Shown: positions 24,895-37,800 of the stretch, one piece after another | How the letters are laid out: every line of letters starts with the position of its first letter | How positions within the stretch are numbered: position 1 is the stretch's first letter | Assembly: GCA_965287045.1 (NCBI GenBank) | Contig: OZ336884.1 | Coordinates: forward strand, 52,266,001 to 52,330,000 | DNA: 64,000 nt | DNA from: Carcharhinus amblyrhynchos | Taxonomy: Eukaryota | Reading direction: 5' to 3' | The notes under the pieces: model-generated | Told to the model about the DNA's origin: nothing | What the model saw: only the letters and a program-made list of their open reading frames with translations | The model's database searches: none | Program-made: the position numbers and the translations under genes

Positions 24895-26780
24895 GTGTTA
24901 TCCATTGTCTGTCTCAGTGAAAAGCTTTATTGAACTGATACAAAGTAGGATTCAACAGTCAACTTGCCTGATCCCAGAATCATATGACTATAACAAACCA
25001 GATGGGACACTTATTAGGACTGCATTTCCAAAACACAAACATCCCCCTTTTCATATCGAACATAAGAGACAAACACCTTCTTTTTCCTAGTGAATAAAAG
25101 ACACATTTGCATGCACGATTCTCTATGACTGTGAGTTACCCAAGTTATCCACTACACACCCACTGTTCTCATGCATTAATAACTGTTTGTTCTACTCATC
25201 AAACACTGCACTTGCACTGCACACACTATTTAAACTGTGCAGGTCTCTTAATGGAACACGTATGCATTAACACTTGTTCTTCATCTAGGTGATATTATTT
25301 GACTGGAATATGTCATTCTCATGGCCCTTGTTGACTTGGTGGCTATTTTGTTCTGTTGGAGATTTGTGGACCTCTGGGATTGATGGTACTTCTGTACTCG
25401 GTACAGCCTTTAAGATCCCTGCTCCTTGACTGGTCGTAGGCAGTGACAGAACAGCTCCACCAGCTGTTCATACATCGCTGTGGTTGAGGCAGTATCTTTG
25501 GCCATTCACTTCCACCATGTAGGATCGAAGTGACAATTATACTTTACACATCCCAAATTTATAGGCTCCCACTGAGAGCACGAGTATTTGTATTCTCGCT
25601 GGCTCCTCATGTTTTTCCATGGTCACATATTGATTTTTCAAGAAGTTCTTCAAAAATCGCAACTTCTTTGAGTGCCTTTTCAACTTGCCATTTGACCTTG
25701 CTGCACATCTGGTTGAGTTTTTTCATCTCCTGCTTTGAGTTACCAACTGTGGAACTGAGAGTCATTATTTCCTCTTGGTACCTTTGTGCTGTCTCTGAAA
25801 TTTGTTTGTTCCATTCTTGCACAGCTTGGTTCATTGAAAACGTCCATTTATCATGTGTTTTCAAAGGTCTAGACTCAGCTGGAATCTTGCCCTTTAGATC
25901 TTCCAGTTCAGCTCTGATGTGAACATTTTCCTGTACAACTGCTTAATTCACCTTGGGCTCATGCATTTTATTGCATTGACTTGGTCAACAACATCTTGTA
26001 GTTTACTTAAATATTGTCTCCCTCACTCTACATTCTTTTGTCTCCCTTCTTCTGGATTTTTTGTTACCTTTCTCTGTTGACACATCCAGGGTTACCAGCC
26101 CAAGTTTTAGACTTGCACCAGCTGTGAAAAGTAGTCATTGCATCCCATTTATAATTCAAAACTCGAGATCTTTTTTCTTGCCATTGCATTGGGTTGTTTC
26201 TTGTGTTCTTGCATCAGACTTATTTGTCCTTTGAGTATGGGTATTTTCAGATTGCCACATGGAGCCACTTGATACAAATCAGTGAAGTCATTCTGCTGCA
26301 TGACATACTATTGTTCACTTAATACTCTCACTCTATGGTCATCACGGCAACAATTACAAACCGTGTATTGCCTAGAGACTTGACTGAACTGACTTGTTGT
26401 AGGTATATAGTTCTTCATCAGACTTGTCTGCAGATATTTCTCCAGTGGCCATCTGTAAAGGTTTGTTTTGCTTTCTTCTCACATATTTGTGTGCAAAATG
26501 CTTCTGATTCTTGCAGTTCAAACTGCTTACCCACATGCTGGGCAATTTTTCCTTTCCTCTTTATACTCTCTTCCACAGAACTTGCATCCAGCCCTTTGTC
26601 TGCAATTGCTCAGCTCTTTTGGCCTGGCCTGTCTCTCAGCTACATGGTACATAATCCTGGCAGGCAGACGCTGAAAACTGCTGTCCTTACCCATGAAACA
26701 ATCAGCTTCTCTAGCCTCCCACAAAAAAAAGAACTTCCTCTTCTACACCCTCTCCAAATAGGCAAGTGTCATGAATAATA
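24895..26780 (-). mobile_element. Internally rearranged Ty3/Gypsy remnant: gag zinc knuckle, protease, insert, integrase C-terminus, probable 3' LTR
   Basis: CKFCGREYKEERKNCPACG (gag CCHC region, ~26530-26590); protease end LLFTAGASLKLG (~26095-26140); integrase tail EPARIQ...RSYMVEVNGQRY (~25490-25605). RT, RNase H and core integrase not seen. Confidence 0.7.
25607..26065 (-). pseudogene. Intronless intermediate-filament (type II keratin-like) rod fragment, coil 1B-L12-coil 2
   Basis: VDQVNAI/KMHEPKVN*AVVQENVHIRAELEDLKGKIPAESRPLKTHDKWTFSMNQAVQEWNKQISETAQRYQEE...GNSKQEMKKLNQMCSKVKWQVE aligns by eye to K5/K8 [21 protein letters not shown]...[43 protein letters not shown]...[21 protein letters not shown]; contains stops and a frameshift. 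Confidence 0.6.
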
Positions 26781-29074
26781 AATCCAGCCAAAGATGTGTC
26801 AGGGATAAAAATCTCATTTGAAAAAAATAGCAAACAGCAAAAAATAAAATAAAGGGATTCCTTACACAAAAAAATTAATTCAGTCTCAAACTAGGACCCT
26901 CTAATAAAGAATAGTCCAGGCATCTTGAGACTTCCTTTGTAATTAGAAATGGTGAGAAAAGGGGTACCAAATGAGTGCGATAGGTTATATAAACAGTATC
27001 AAACAAAATCGCAAACAAATCAATGGTAAATTCCGATCTATCATTCTATGCTATTTTAGAATGTGACTATTTTTAAGAAACGCATACTGGATATATTATT
27101 CATATAACCACCATTTTAAAATATAGTTATAAGTTACATACTCAATAATAAGAAAATATAGGAAAAGGTTAATGTAAAGCAAGTGCTCATTTTCTAAAAG
27201 TAGTACTTCTTAAAATTCTGTAAAGAAATCCTCACCATCTATCTCACTTGCACAGCATTATTCTGTGAAGGGGATTTTAAATAAAATGCACACTTATTCA
27301 ATACAGAAGACCAGAAACCACCTAGCTGTAAATACAGGTCAGGGAGTTGTACCTATTGTGGCTGAATGTCAATTTTTCCTCAAATGTATTATTTTGTACA
27401 TGCTTAAATGAACACAGCAGAGATAGAGTACAGTATCACAAATACTTCTTTGAAAGAGTTCTTCTGTCACTTTATCTGTCAACACTTGATCTATATAATC
27501 AAAACGGATATCACAAAGACAAATATAAACAATGATTTTAAAATGTTTCCCAAAACTAGAGAAAGCAAACCCCAGAATTATCCAATTAGTGAACAATAAT
27601 ATGGTGAATTTCATTTGTTGTAAAGTAAAAACTGCAAGTCTCCAATTCACCATCCAAATGATCAAATTTAGAAATAATCGCATCAATTATTTCCCGCTGG
27701 CAATGGAAATTAGAGTGCTGTTCTTTTGTTTGTTTAGCCCCTTAAAAACAAAAGGTCAATTGCAATCGATCATAATGAAAGCCAAGAAATTACTGTTGGT
27801 GATATAGCAACAGAAACGTTTGATGCTTCGGCAGGATAGTCCTCCGTCCAAAACTGTAATGCAGTCATTAAATTGTACATCTTAAATTGTTTATCACCTC
27901 CATTAAAATAGCTAAAGAAGGAATGTCATGCAACTAAATTAATCTTCCATCCATTAACACTTTGGATAGCAATGGCCTGTAAACATCTGATGGACTGGCA
28001 ATTGAGTCATTCCACATCTCATTCCTATTCTGGAGATCCTCTCTCGCTGATCCCTAGAAGATTTAGGCCAGGTGAGATCTGTGCAGCAGCACTGGAAGTG
28101 AAGACATGCCTCCTTCTTTTTTCACAACCAACTGCTGCAATGCAAATAAGTTTAAAGGTCCAGCCAGGGAACGTATAAGTGCACAAGACAAGTGGGCAAG
28201 ATTGGCGGGGGGAGGGGTAAGTTTGATCAGGGACGATTTGATGCACAGTGGCTAGGGCAGTTGAGGTGGTGGGGTGCAGATGGTAGGGTGGTCAGTGAGG
28301 TGAAGGAATAGTCTGGAGTGGAGAGAGTAGACAATGGGGTGTAGGGTTGGGGAGAGCAGTCAGAGATTGGATAATTCAGCCAGGGGTCAGGAGGGATGTA
28401 GTCAGCAAGCCCCCTGAACATTCAGGGGGTAGGGGTGGGGAGGGCAGCTGAGGATGGAAGTGATTGGGGGGGCTACCTTGGGGGTCATGAGAGACAATCA
28501 TCGGGGGGGGTTCTTTGTGAGGTGAGGCCTAGTGGGGGGTTGGGAGGATGGGTGGGGTGAAACCCATGGGGGGTGGGGGGGGGAGGTGTTAGGATAGTGC
28601 TATAATTACCCAGAAGCTGAAAGTGATTTTAATTCCTCTATTTTTTTTCTGGGTAACTACTTTAATAGTCGGAACCATCTGAAGTTTATAATTGAAATCA
28701 CATTACCTTAGCACATATTCAGGGTGGGGTTGGAGTTGACTTTGGAGTTGGTGTGTGCCCACCAACGCCCCCACCCCCCCTCCATTCAGATACACCGCCC
28801 TGGAGCTCAGGAGTTCCAGGCCAATGCATGAAGGGAAGGACGGACGGACTTGCAGTTTTCATTATTTCAGGGCATCCTGTTATCACTGTTGCAATGCAGG
28901 AAAAGATAATTTACGAACAGCAAGGCGCACAAACAATGGAAGGGAAATCAAATAGTCTGTTTACAATGGCATTGATTAAGGAAAAGGGCTGATTTTGACA
29001 TTGCGAGAATTCTTTTACTCTTCCTCAAATATCACAGAACGTCCTATTAGAAGCTCCCAAAAGAGTGGATAGGA

Positions 29075-29230
29075 GCTTACTTTGACATCTCATTCCAAAG
29101 GTGACAGAGCTGCATTTCCTCAGTTCTATACTGAAAAGTCATCCTGGCTTACAACGTCAGAACTCTGGAGTGGGCTATATACCTTCTAACTGAGATGAGA
29201 ATGAAAGTATGGCAATTTAGCCAAGGCTTG
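29075..29230 (-). mobile_element. Old tRNA-derived SINE remnant
   Basis: gacagagctgcatttcctcagt...ctctggagtgggct...ttctaactgag...ttagccaagg resembles the reverse complement of a tRNA head plus conserved body. Confidence 0.4.
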
Positions 29231-31600
29231 ATCTAGTTCACAATATAATCTTTTTCAGGTCAGGGCACAACACCTAAAAATAAAGACTACATCCAAATTC
29301 CTAAGACTGGAATATTGAGCAAGCATTCCTTGAAGTATTGCCAAGCATATATCAGCCAAACTCCCACTTAAGTGCCTCCTCTATTTCCAAGTGTGAATCA
29401 CAAGAACTGAAAACAGCAGGTGCCTGATGTTGTGACATTTTATTAAAGAAAACAGCAGTAACAATGAAAGGGTTGCACTTTATTCCATATGTTACACAGT
29501 AGGGAACAGGATGCCGAGTAATAATCAAAACAATAACTGTAGTTAGGTTTTACTACAAATGATAAAAATTAAGTCAGTTTTAGTTCATTAACCCCAAATG
29601 CTGGAAATTCTCTAAAATAGCAGTCATCATGAAGAATATCATTTGCTTTATTATAATGCCTCAAATTCACAAAAACATCCCAAGGCATTACAAAGTTGTG
29701 AGGAAAATCAAGGCCAAAACAAAGGAGGGAAGCTGGCTGAACATTTGGTCAAAGACATGAGATCGTAAAGATGGAGCGGTTAAGTGAGGTTGGGGCAGGG
29801 GAGGGGGAGGGGGTGGAGAATTTCAGAAAACAAGACTCAGGTGCCAGAAAGGTCAGTTGCCAATAAGAGGGAGAAATGGGGGCACAGATGTCAGGATAAC
29901 ATGGGAAATATTTGAGTACTCTGGTTTTCAGCAATTCGTGATTCACAATCATCTCCACCCAGCTCTGCGGAAACAGGCAGCTTTCACATTTGAATAATTT
30001 AAAGCAGGCAGCTGAATGTGACCCACACTGCTGAAATGAGGGCCCCAGCAGCATACATGGCAAGCACCTCTTACAGTCAGAGTCTGCACATTCATTTCAG
30101 ACAGCCTACACACTGTAAAGGCAACCTGCTGCTTCGAAAGGAGAACTCTTGGGTCGGAGCAAAGCTGTTGCTGACTATGGAGGAATTGGCTACAAGGAAG
30201 AACACACCAAGGCATTAGTAAAGGAGTTGAAAAATAGAGCAGGAGAATTATTTCCACAACGTGTCTGGAGGCCGTCAAAGCAAACACAAAAACGAGGAGC
30301 ATGAAGAAGCCACTCGGCCCTCTGAGCCTGCTCCATCATAAGATCATGGCTAATTTAGTTGTGGTCTCAACTCTTCTTTCCTGTCTGTCCCCCATAATTC
30401 TTGTCTATTATTGATCAAAAAATCTATCTAATTCAACCTTTAATAAATTCAAAGACCCAATCTCCACTGCTCTCCAAGAAGAGAATTCCACAGACTAATA
30501 CTCTCAGAGAAAGAAAATCCTCATTTTCATCTTAAATGGGAGACTCTAAGGGTGGCATTTTTCAGCCATGTTCACCCCAAAACTGGAAAATCCTGCTTGA
30601 GTTCAACGGACCTTTGCACGGGCCAACCCACCAAATTCCTGTGATTCCCTTAGCAGGTAAGATGCAAAACTTCCTTCTGTAGTCTTTAAACTGTATTCCC
30701 TTGTTCTACACACCCCAAGTGAATCCTCTTCGCATTCACCCTCCCAGGTCCCCTCAGGATCTTGTGTATTTCAGTAAAAAAACCTTTCATTCTTCCACAT
30801 TCCAATAGGCATTTGGCCAACCTGCACAACATTTCCTCACATGATAACCCCTTCATCTTAGGAATAAGTCAAGTGAACCTTCTCTGAATTGCTTCTAATT
30901 TAATTATATTCCTTCTTAAATAAGGAAACCAAAACTGTATATAGTATTCCAGATGAACTTTACTCTGGCCCTGTACAAATGTAGCAATACTTCCCTATCT
31001 TTGTATTTAAGTCTTCTTGCAACAAACATCCATTTGCCTTCCTAATAACATGCTGTTCCTGCATTCTAACTTCTTGTTATCCATGTACTAACACACCCAG
31101 ATCCCTCTGTAATAGAGTTCTGCTGTTTCTCTCTGTTCAAGTAATATACTACTTTTCCATTCTTCCTGCCAAAGTGGACAAGTTCACATTTTCCTACATT
31201 ATAGATCTGCCAAATTTTTGCCCATTCACTTAACCCTATCTAAGCCTCTTTATGGACTCTTTATATCCTGAGGACTTATTTTCAAATCTATCTTTTTATC
31301 ATTAGCAAATTTAGCTACCATATATTCAGTCCCTTCATCCAAGTCATTGATATAAATTATAAATGGTTGAGTCTCCAGCACTGATCCCTTAGGATCCATT
31401 AGGAACAGCTTACCAACTTGAAAGACTCATTTATCCCTACTTCTTGCTTCCTGTTAGCTAACAAATCCTCTATTCACGTTATACGTTACCCCATGACCAT
31501 GAACTTTTATCTTTGACATGACAATTTATTGGATGCCTTTTGGGAAACCTAAGAACAATACATATATAGATTCCGCTTTATCCATGTTGCTTGTTACTTC

Positions 31601-32589
31601 GTAAAAAGTCTGACAACACCAGGTTTTAGTCCAACCGATTTATTTGATAGTAAACTCACAAGCTTTTGAGGGGACTGCCTCTTCGTCAGGTGAATGGAGA
31701 GTTCTGGCCTCGGACACAGCATATAAAGCACAGACAGTTTAGAGATTACTGATTAGAATGCGAATCTTTACACCTAACCTGCTGTTCAAGTCCTAAAGTG
31801 GCCGACAATGTGTGTGGAAGGAGCACTGATCACAGGTTAAAGAGATGTGTATTGTCTCCAGACAGCACAGTGAGTGAGGTTTTGCAAACCCAGGCAAGTC
31901 ACGGGGGTTACAGATAGTGTGACATGAACCCAAGATCCCTGTTGAGACCGTCCTCATGTGTGTGGAACTTGGCAATCGTCTCTGCTCAGCGACTCTGCGC
32001 TGTCGTGTGTCGTGAAGGCCGCCTTGGAGAACGCTTACCCGAAGGTCAGAGGCTGAATGCCCGTGACCACTGCGGTAAGCGCAGTGCGTGAAGGTCACTG
32101 CGTGACCTTCGGGTAAGCGTTCTCCAAGGCGGCCTTCACGACACATGACAGCGCAGAGTCGCTGAGCAGAGACCGATAGCCAAGTTCCACACACATGAGG
32201 ACGGTCTCAACAGGGATCTTGGGTTCATGTCACGCTACCTGTAACCCCCGTGACTTGCCTGGGTTTGCAAAACCTCACTCACTGTGCTGTCTGGAGACAA
32301 TACACATCTCTTTAACCTGTGATCAGTGCTCCTTCCACACACATTGTCGGCCACTTTAGGACTTGAACAGCAGGTTAGGTGTAAAGATTCGCATTCTAAT
32401 CAGTAATCTCTAAACTGTCTGTGCTTTATATGCTCTGTCTGAGGCCAGAGCTCTTCATTCACCTGACGAAGAGGCAGTCCCCTCAAAAGCTTGTGAGTTT
32501 ACTATCAAATAAATCGGTTGGACTAAAACCTGGTGTTGTCAGACTTTTTACTGTGTTTACTCCAGTCCAACGCCGGCATATCCACATCA
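31601..32589. mobile_element. Penelope-like element fold-back: two inverted copies of GIY-YIG C-terminus plus pseudo-LTR
   Basis: Arms 31601-32048 and 32103-32551 are near-perfect reverse complements. Encodes SGHGHSASDLRVSVLQGGLHDTRQRRVAEQR. 12-bp TSD tgcttgttactt at 31588-31599 and 32590-32601. Confidence 0.9.
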
Positions 32590-33254
32590 TGCTTGTTACT
32601 TGCTCAGAGAAGTCTAATAAATTAGTCAAGCACTATTTCCTTTCCATGAAACCATGTTGACTTTCACTGATCCTGCTATGATTTTCAAAATTACCTCCTT
32701 GATAATGGATTCTAACATTTTCCCTCAGATATCAGGCTAACTGGCCTACCGTTGCCTGCTTTCTATTCGGACTATATCCCACCATCCACTTTCTTAAACA
32801 GAGGTGTTACATTAATGATTTTCCAGCCCACAGGAGCCTTTCTAGAATCTAAGGAATTTTGGAAGATCACAACCAATGTATTTATTAACTCTGCATCCAC
32901 CTCTTTTAAGAGCCTTGGAATCCGCTCATCAGGTCACAGGAACCTATAGTTTTCTCAGCACATTTTCCCTGATGATTGTGATTAGTTTAAGTTCATCCCT
33001 CCCTTTTACCTATTGATTTTGAAGTATTTTTGAGGATTTTGTGTGTCATTTACAATGAAGGCAGACAGAAAATATCCATTCATGGTTTCCATCATTTCCT
33101 TGCTTCCCATTATTAATTCCCCAATCTCACCCTCTAAGGCATGAACACTATGATTACTCTTTTTCATTTGATAGTAAGTGTGGAAACTCTTAGCAGCTGT
33201 TTTTATATTTCTAGCTAATTTTCTCTTAATACTCCAATTTCTCCTTCACCTTCG

Positions 33255-33565
33255 TAGAATCCCTACAGTGGAGGAGGAGGAGGAGGAGGCCATTCGGCCC
33301 ATCGAGGCTGCACAAAAACAATTCCACCCAGGCCCTCGCCACGTATCCCCATGTATTCACCCTACTAATGCTCCTCACACTAAGGGGCATTTAGCATGGC
33401 CAATCAACCTAATCCACACAGTTTTGGAGTGTGGAAGGAAACAAGAGCACCCAGAGGAAACCCGTACAAATACGGGGAGGACATGCAAACTACGTACAGA
33501 CAGTCATCTGAGGCTGGAATTGAACCCGGGTCTCTGCCACTGTGAGTCACTGTGTGACTGTGCCA
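33255..33565 (-). mobile_element. HE1/V-SINE-like SINE
   Basis: ggccaatcaacctaat...gaggaaacccgtac...tgcaaactac...ggaattgaacccggg, reverse complement of the 15519 family. Confidence 0.75.
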
Positions 33566-33835
33566 TTTTTTTATTCTTTTGTCAATCTTTCTGGTTTCTA
33601 AAATCTGTCCAATCTTCTGACCTATCACTAATCTTCATAGTATTGTGTGCCTTTTCTTTCAATATAAGACTATATTAACTTCTTTAATTAGCCACAGATG
33701 GTGCATCGTTCTCAAAGTCTTTCTTTCTCAATGGAGTATAGTTTAGCTAAGAGTCACACATATTTCCTTAAATGTCTGCCAGTGCTTCTCTATTGTCCTA
33801 ACTTTTAACCTATTTTCTGTTAACTTTAGCTAACT

Positions 33836-34130
33836 CATGGAAAATGACAGTGCAGAAGAGGCCATCTGGCCCATTGAATTAGCGCCAAATCTCTGATAGA
33901 ATATCTTACCCTGTAACCCAGCACATTTATCATGATTTCTTGCCTACACATTTGTGACACTGAGAGGCAATTTGGCATGGCCAATCCACCTAACCTGCAC
34001 ACCTTTGGACTGTAGGAGCAAACTGGAACACAGGAGGAAACCCATGCAGACATGGTGAGAATATGCAAACTCTACACAGTCGTCCAAGGCTGGAATGGAA
34101 CCCAGGTCCTTGGTGCTGTGCCACCATGCC
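33836..34130 (-). mobile_element. HE1/V-SINE-like SINE
   Basis: ggccaatccacctaacctgcac...gaggaaacccatgcagac...tgcaaactc...ggaatggaacccagg. Confidence 0.75.
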
Positions 34131-35926
34131 TCCTTGGTACCATATTTTGGTAATTGTTCTTTAAGATTAGGACACTAGTTTCAACCCAACCCCCGAACTG
34201 AAATGAAATGTTACCATGTTATGATTACTGATGTCTAAAGGTTCCTTTACAGTGAACTCATTAATAAAATCTGTCACATTACACATTTCCTGGTCTAAAA
34301 TTATCTGCTCCCAAGTTGGCATTAGAATGTATTGCTTAAAAAAGTCATCCTGAATGTATTCCATGCTGCCTTTGGTCATCTGATTTGCTTAATCTAATTG
34401 GACATTAAAATCGCCCATGGTTAATGCAGTGCCTTTCTTAGAAGCCCCCATTACTTCTGGCTATACACAGAGTTACCCACCATTTTTCCTAGCTTTTTGG
34501 CTGTAGACAACATGAGAAAATTCACCTTTGTCCCAATTACAAAGAATGATATTGTGACTTCAAAAAGAGCTATTTTGGTACTGTGGCAAGCGCAGGTACT
34601 TGATTTGATGTATTCAAAACATGGAGTTCGTGGAAAGATGGACATAAATTTGGGAGGTGATAACAAATTCAGGAGTTGACAACAAATTCAAGGACTTTGT
34701 TGAGGAAACAGAGGTGAAAGATGTGATGGTAGTTCACAAGGGTGGTGCAGTCAAGCGTTTTTTTAAAGGAGACAGATGATGATGGCAGATTTAAAGGAAA
34801 GAGGGACAACACCTGAAGGGAAAGAATTATTTATAATATTGGCCAACATGGGGACCTAAAGGGAAAGTGGGATGATTAGTAGTTTAGTGTAGGAGTTGGG
34901 TTAAGAGAATAGAAGGGTGATCCCATGGACACGGAGTTCAGAGAGAGTAAGAAGACAGATAGGAAAATAAGCCAGAGAAAGATTCAGGTTCAGGGGCTCG
35001 GGCATGGATGAGCTTTACGGAACATTTGGCCAGATGGGCTGGTGGAGGAGAGTGACATTGCAAAGGCAGCTGATAAAATGGTCTTGATCTTACTGACAAA
35101 AATGTCCACAAGCTCCTTGCACTTATTTTTGGTGGTGAGGGTGGAGGGGATAGGAGAGAAGGAGTTAAGAAAACATTTCAAAGGAAAAAAGCTGAGGGGT
35201 TATCTTGTATTTCAGGATCAATCCTGCAATAACGTGAGAGAAGAGTAGACAAATGTTTTAAGCGGTCTGTGTCTAAAACAGATTTTCGCCATATCCTTGG
35301 ACTTAAAATAGTGCAGATAAAGGCTATACTAGGTTGCACATCACTTGTGTGTGATGGCATGTTAGCTTTTGCAGATTCCATACATCCAAGTTTGAATGTG
35401 GGACCTGAAGAGCTATGTGCATGCAATCAGTGGCCCCCTCCAATTTTGAGAATTCCACAATCCTGGTAAAGCCATGCACCTGGTTGGCACGGATGTCAGA
35501 AAAACGCTCCCTGAAATCCCTGGTGGCTAGAGTCATCTTTAGAGAGCTCTCCTTCTCCTCAGCACAGAGTTTCCCTTCTCCGCAGCTTGTTATCCACCTC
35601 CCTGTCATGTGCAGACTAAGACAGACTGAAAGCACAGCCCCCTAATTCTAGTGAACTTTCTGAAGGCTGGGAGAAAGTTTCTCCCTGTCAGGGTGCAGCA
35701 ATATTGTTTCCAAAATCATCAAAACATGTCCAGGATCACAGCATAGTATTGAGACATTCATGTACCTTTATGAAAGTTTTAAATAAAAATCCTGATCTCT
35801 GGAGCTCCCACAACTTCAGTGTTTCTCATTGCCGCTGAGCTGTCCACCAGATGTCCTTTTATTGCTCCATTACCGGCTTAAATGGGGGTCCTCAGGTACA
35901 TTGAGATTAGTTTTATGACCCTACAT

Positions 35927-37800
35927 TGTTAGGACGAAAACTGGCTGGCTGGTCAGGTGACAGGAGTCCTTTCACTTTCAGTTCTGGGCGACAAGTTAGC
36001 TTTTAGAAGGGACAACAAGTTGAAAAGAAGTGTTTTTCTCTCTCTCCCTGTTCTATTTGGAAATTCTGCTGGTGGTCCGAAAACAAAGTCTTGTCTTTCT
36101 GAAGGTGAGAATCTGCTGTTGCTGGCTTACCTAAAGATAACCTGGTGTTCTGGGAAGCTGTTCTGACTTCAAACTGTTCTGAGTCTATCAAGAGAACTGC
36201 AAAATTCATCCAAAAGCACATGTAAGCATTAGTCTTTGCTGTGTCGAACCTGTTTAAAGTGTTGTTTATGGGATTGGTTTTGATTGGAACATCTTAGATA
36301 TATATTTGTTGAGGGTTATATATTACTATAGTTGTTTTGATTTAATTTGTAATTGACAAAAATTCTTGCTAATTTTCTTACTATAGGGGCTAACTACATT
36401 CTTAATTAAACTTTGTACGATAAATTGTGGTCATTTGACTCATACCTGAAGTGAAACATATCATATTCCTCCTAGCAGATTCCAATGGTGCCCGATCTGA
36501 GGGAGCTGTGCTTGGAATCCCGTCCCAATAGTGTCTCCCACAGCCGGATTTCCAGTGTCAGTTCCTTGCCAGAAATTGGCAGGGAGCCACATAACTTATT
36601 TAAATCAATATTAACATATATTTTAAATACAATTAGTGGGCCCGGGACTGAAGTCTCCAGGCCTGCTAGCATCTCCCCCACCCCACCAAAATGGTTCACT
36701 CCAGTGGGGATTACTATAGCTCCCCAAAACCGTGCTGGCGTGAAACGGGGCAATCAGGGCCCCCAGAAATCCAGGTGGCAGAGTTGGTGCCACCTGGACA
36801 TTGGCACCCCAGAAAAGGGGAAAAGTGCCAATGCCTAGGGGGAGCTTAGGCACTGCCCACCAGTTAAAAGGCAGTGCCAACGAGGCAGGGCCTCTGAGAG
36901 TGATCTGTGGGGGTGGGGGTTACTGTGGTCCTGCTACCAGTATGTATTTTGGGATTGAGCAGAGGGAAGGAGGCCTGGGATCAGGGCTGGACATCGGGGG
37001 CTGGGCTGGGGGGGGGGGGGGGGGGGATGGGGGAATGGGGGGGACGTTGCAGGAGATTGGGGCTGGTGTGGGGGTTGAGGCTGGCCCAGGAATGCATGGA
37101 GGAGCCCAGTGATCAGGCCCAATGGGGGCAATGGGCCGGTGTTGCGGGGCTAGCCAGTGATTATTGAGCTGAGCAGCAATGGGGAGGTTGGTAGACAGGG
37201 GCCATTGCACATGCGCCAATCTCAGCGCTGACAGATTGTGCATGCGTATTGGCCCGCTCAGCGCTATGCTGTCGGCCTATTGGGCAGGAATTGACTCGCC
37301 TCCTGGTTTCTGCATTGAATCATGCTATTGTTCTCTGCATTGCACAGAGTGTGGGAGATTCTTCTTTGAACTCCCACTGGAAAAGAAAATGTGATTAGAC
37401 CAGTTTTCACGTAAATTCTACAGTCAGAATTTTTTTGGGGAGAATTCCCCTGACAATGTTTACTGATGCCTTGATGGGTTCCTGAGAAATCCATGGGATA
37501 TGTCTTGGTTGCTTTTGCCATTGATTGTGCTGTGTCCAACCACAGTTTGCTTGTTAATTCTCATTTACCTTATAGTAATACTGAATGGCACAGCATAAGT
37601 TAGATATTGTAAATTGTATTTTCATCTTTCTGACCTTGCATAGGAAAGTTTATTTGTTTGTTCAAAAACCATGAGCTCTCATGGCTTTATTCTCCTAGCA
37701 AGTATCTAGGCTCTCAAACATTATCTAATTTATAGAAGAAGTAATTGGTCTCTAACCAGATCATAAGAAAAACACTGGGGTCTGATTCAGGATCATAATT
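35927..37800 (+). mobile_element. Solo-LTR-like sequence interrupted by a GC-rich Harbinger-type element (~36475-37451)
   Basis: Starts TGTTAGG, ends ctggggtctgattcaggatcataa; insert ends in TIR-like ggggagaattcccc and contains G-tracts. Confidence 0.4.

Larger units (their letters stand above)
30300..34450 (-). mobile_element. Old CR1 LINE (3' end at ~30300), fragmented by MITE, Penelope and SINE insertions
   Basis: 3' UTR gccactcggccctctgagcctgctccatc; RT-region remnants aaatttagctacc, ccatgaaaccatgttgac, ggctaactggcctac; endonuclease remnant YILMPTWEQIILD...SNHNMV (ORF 34167-34379). Confidence 0.7.

Noticed and set aside
36990-37090. G-tracts as functional G-quadruplex or Gly/Pro-rich ORFs (also ~28500-28590 and ~43680-43720)
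   Set aside because: They lie within non-autonomous transposon bodies; the ORFs are low-complexity artefacts.
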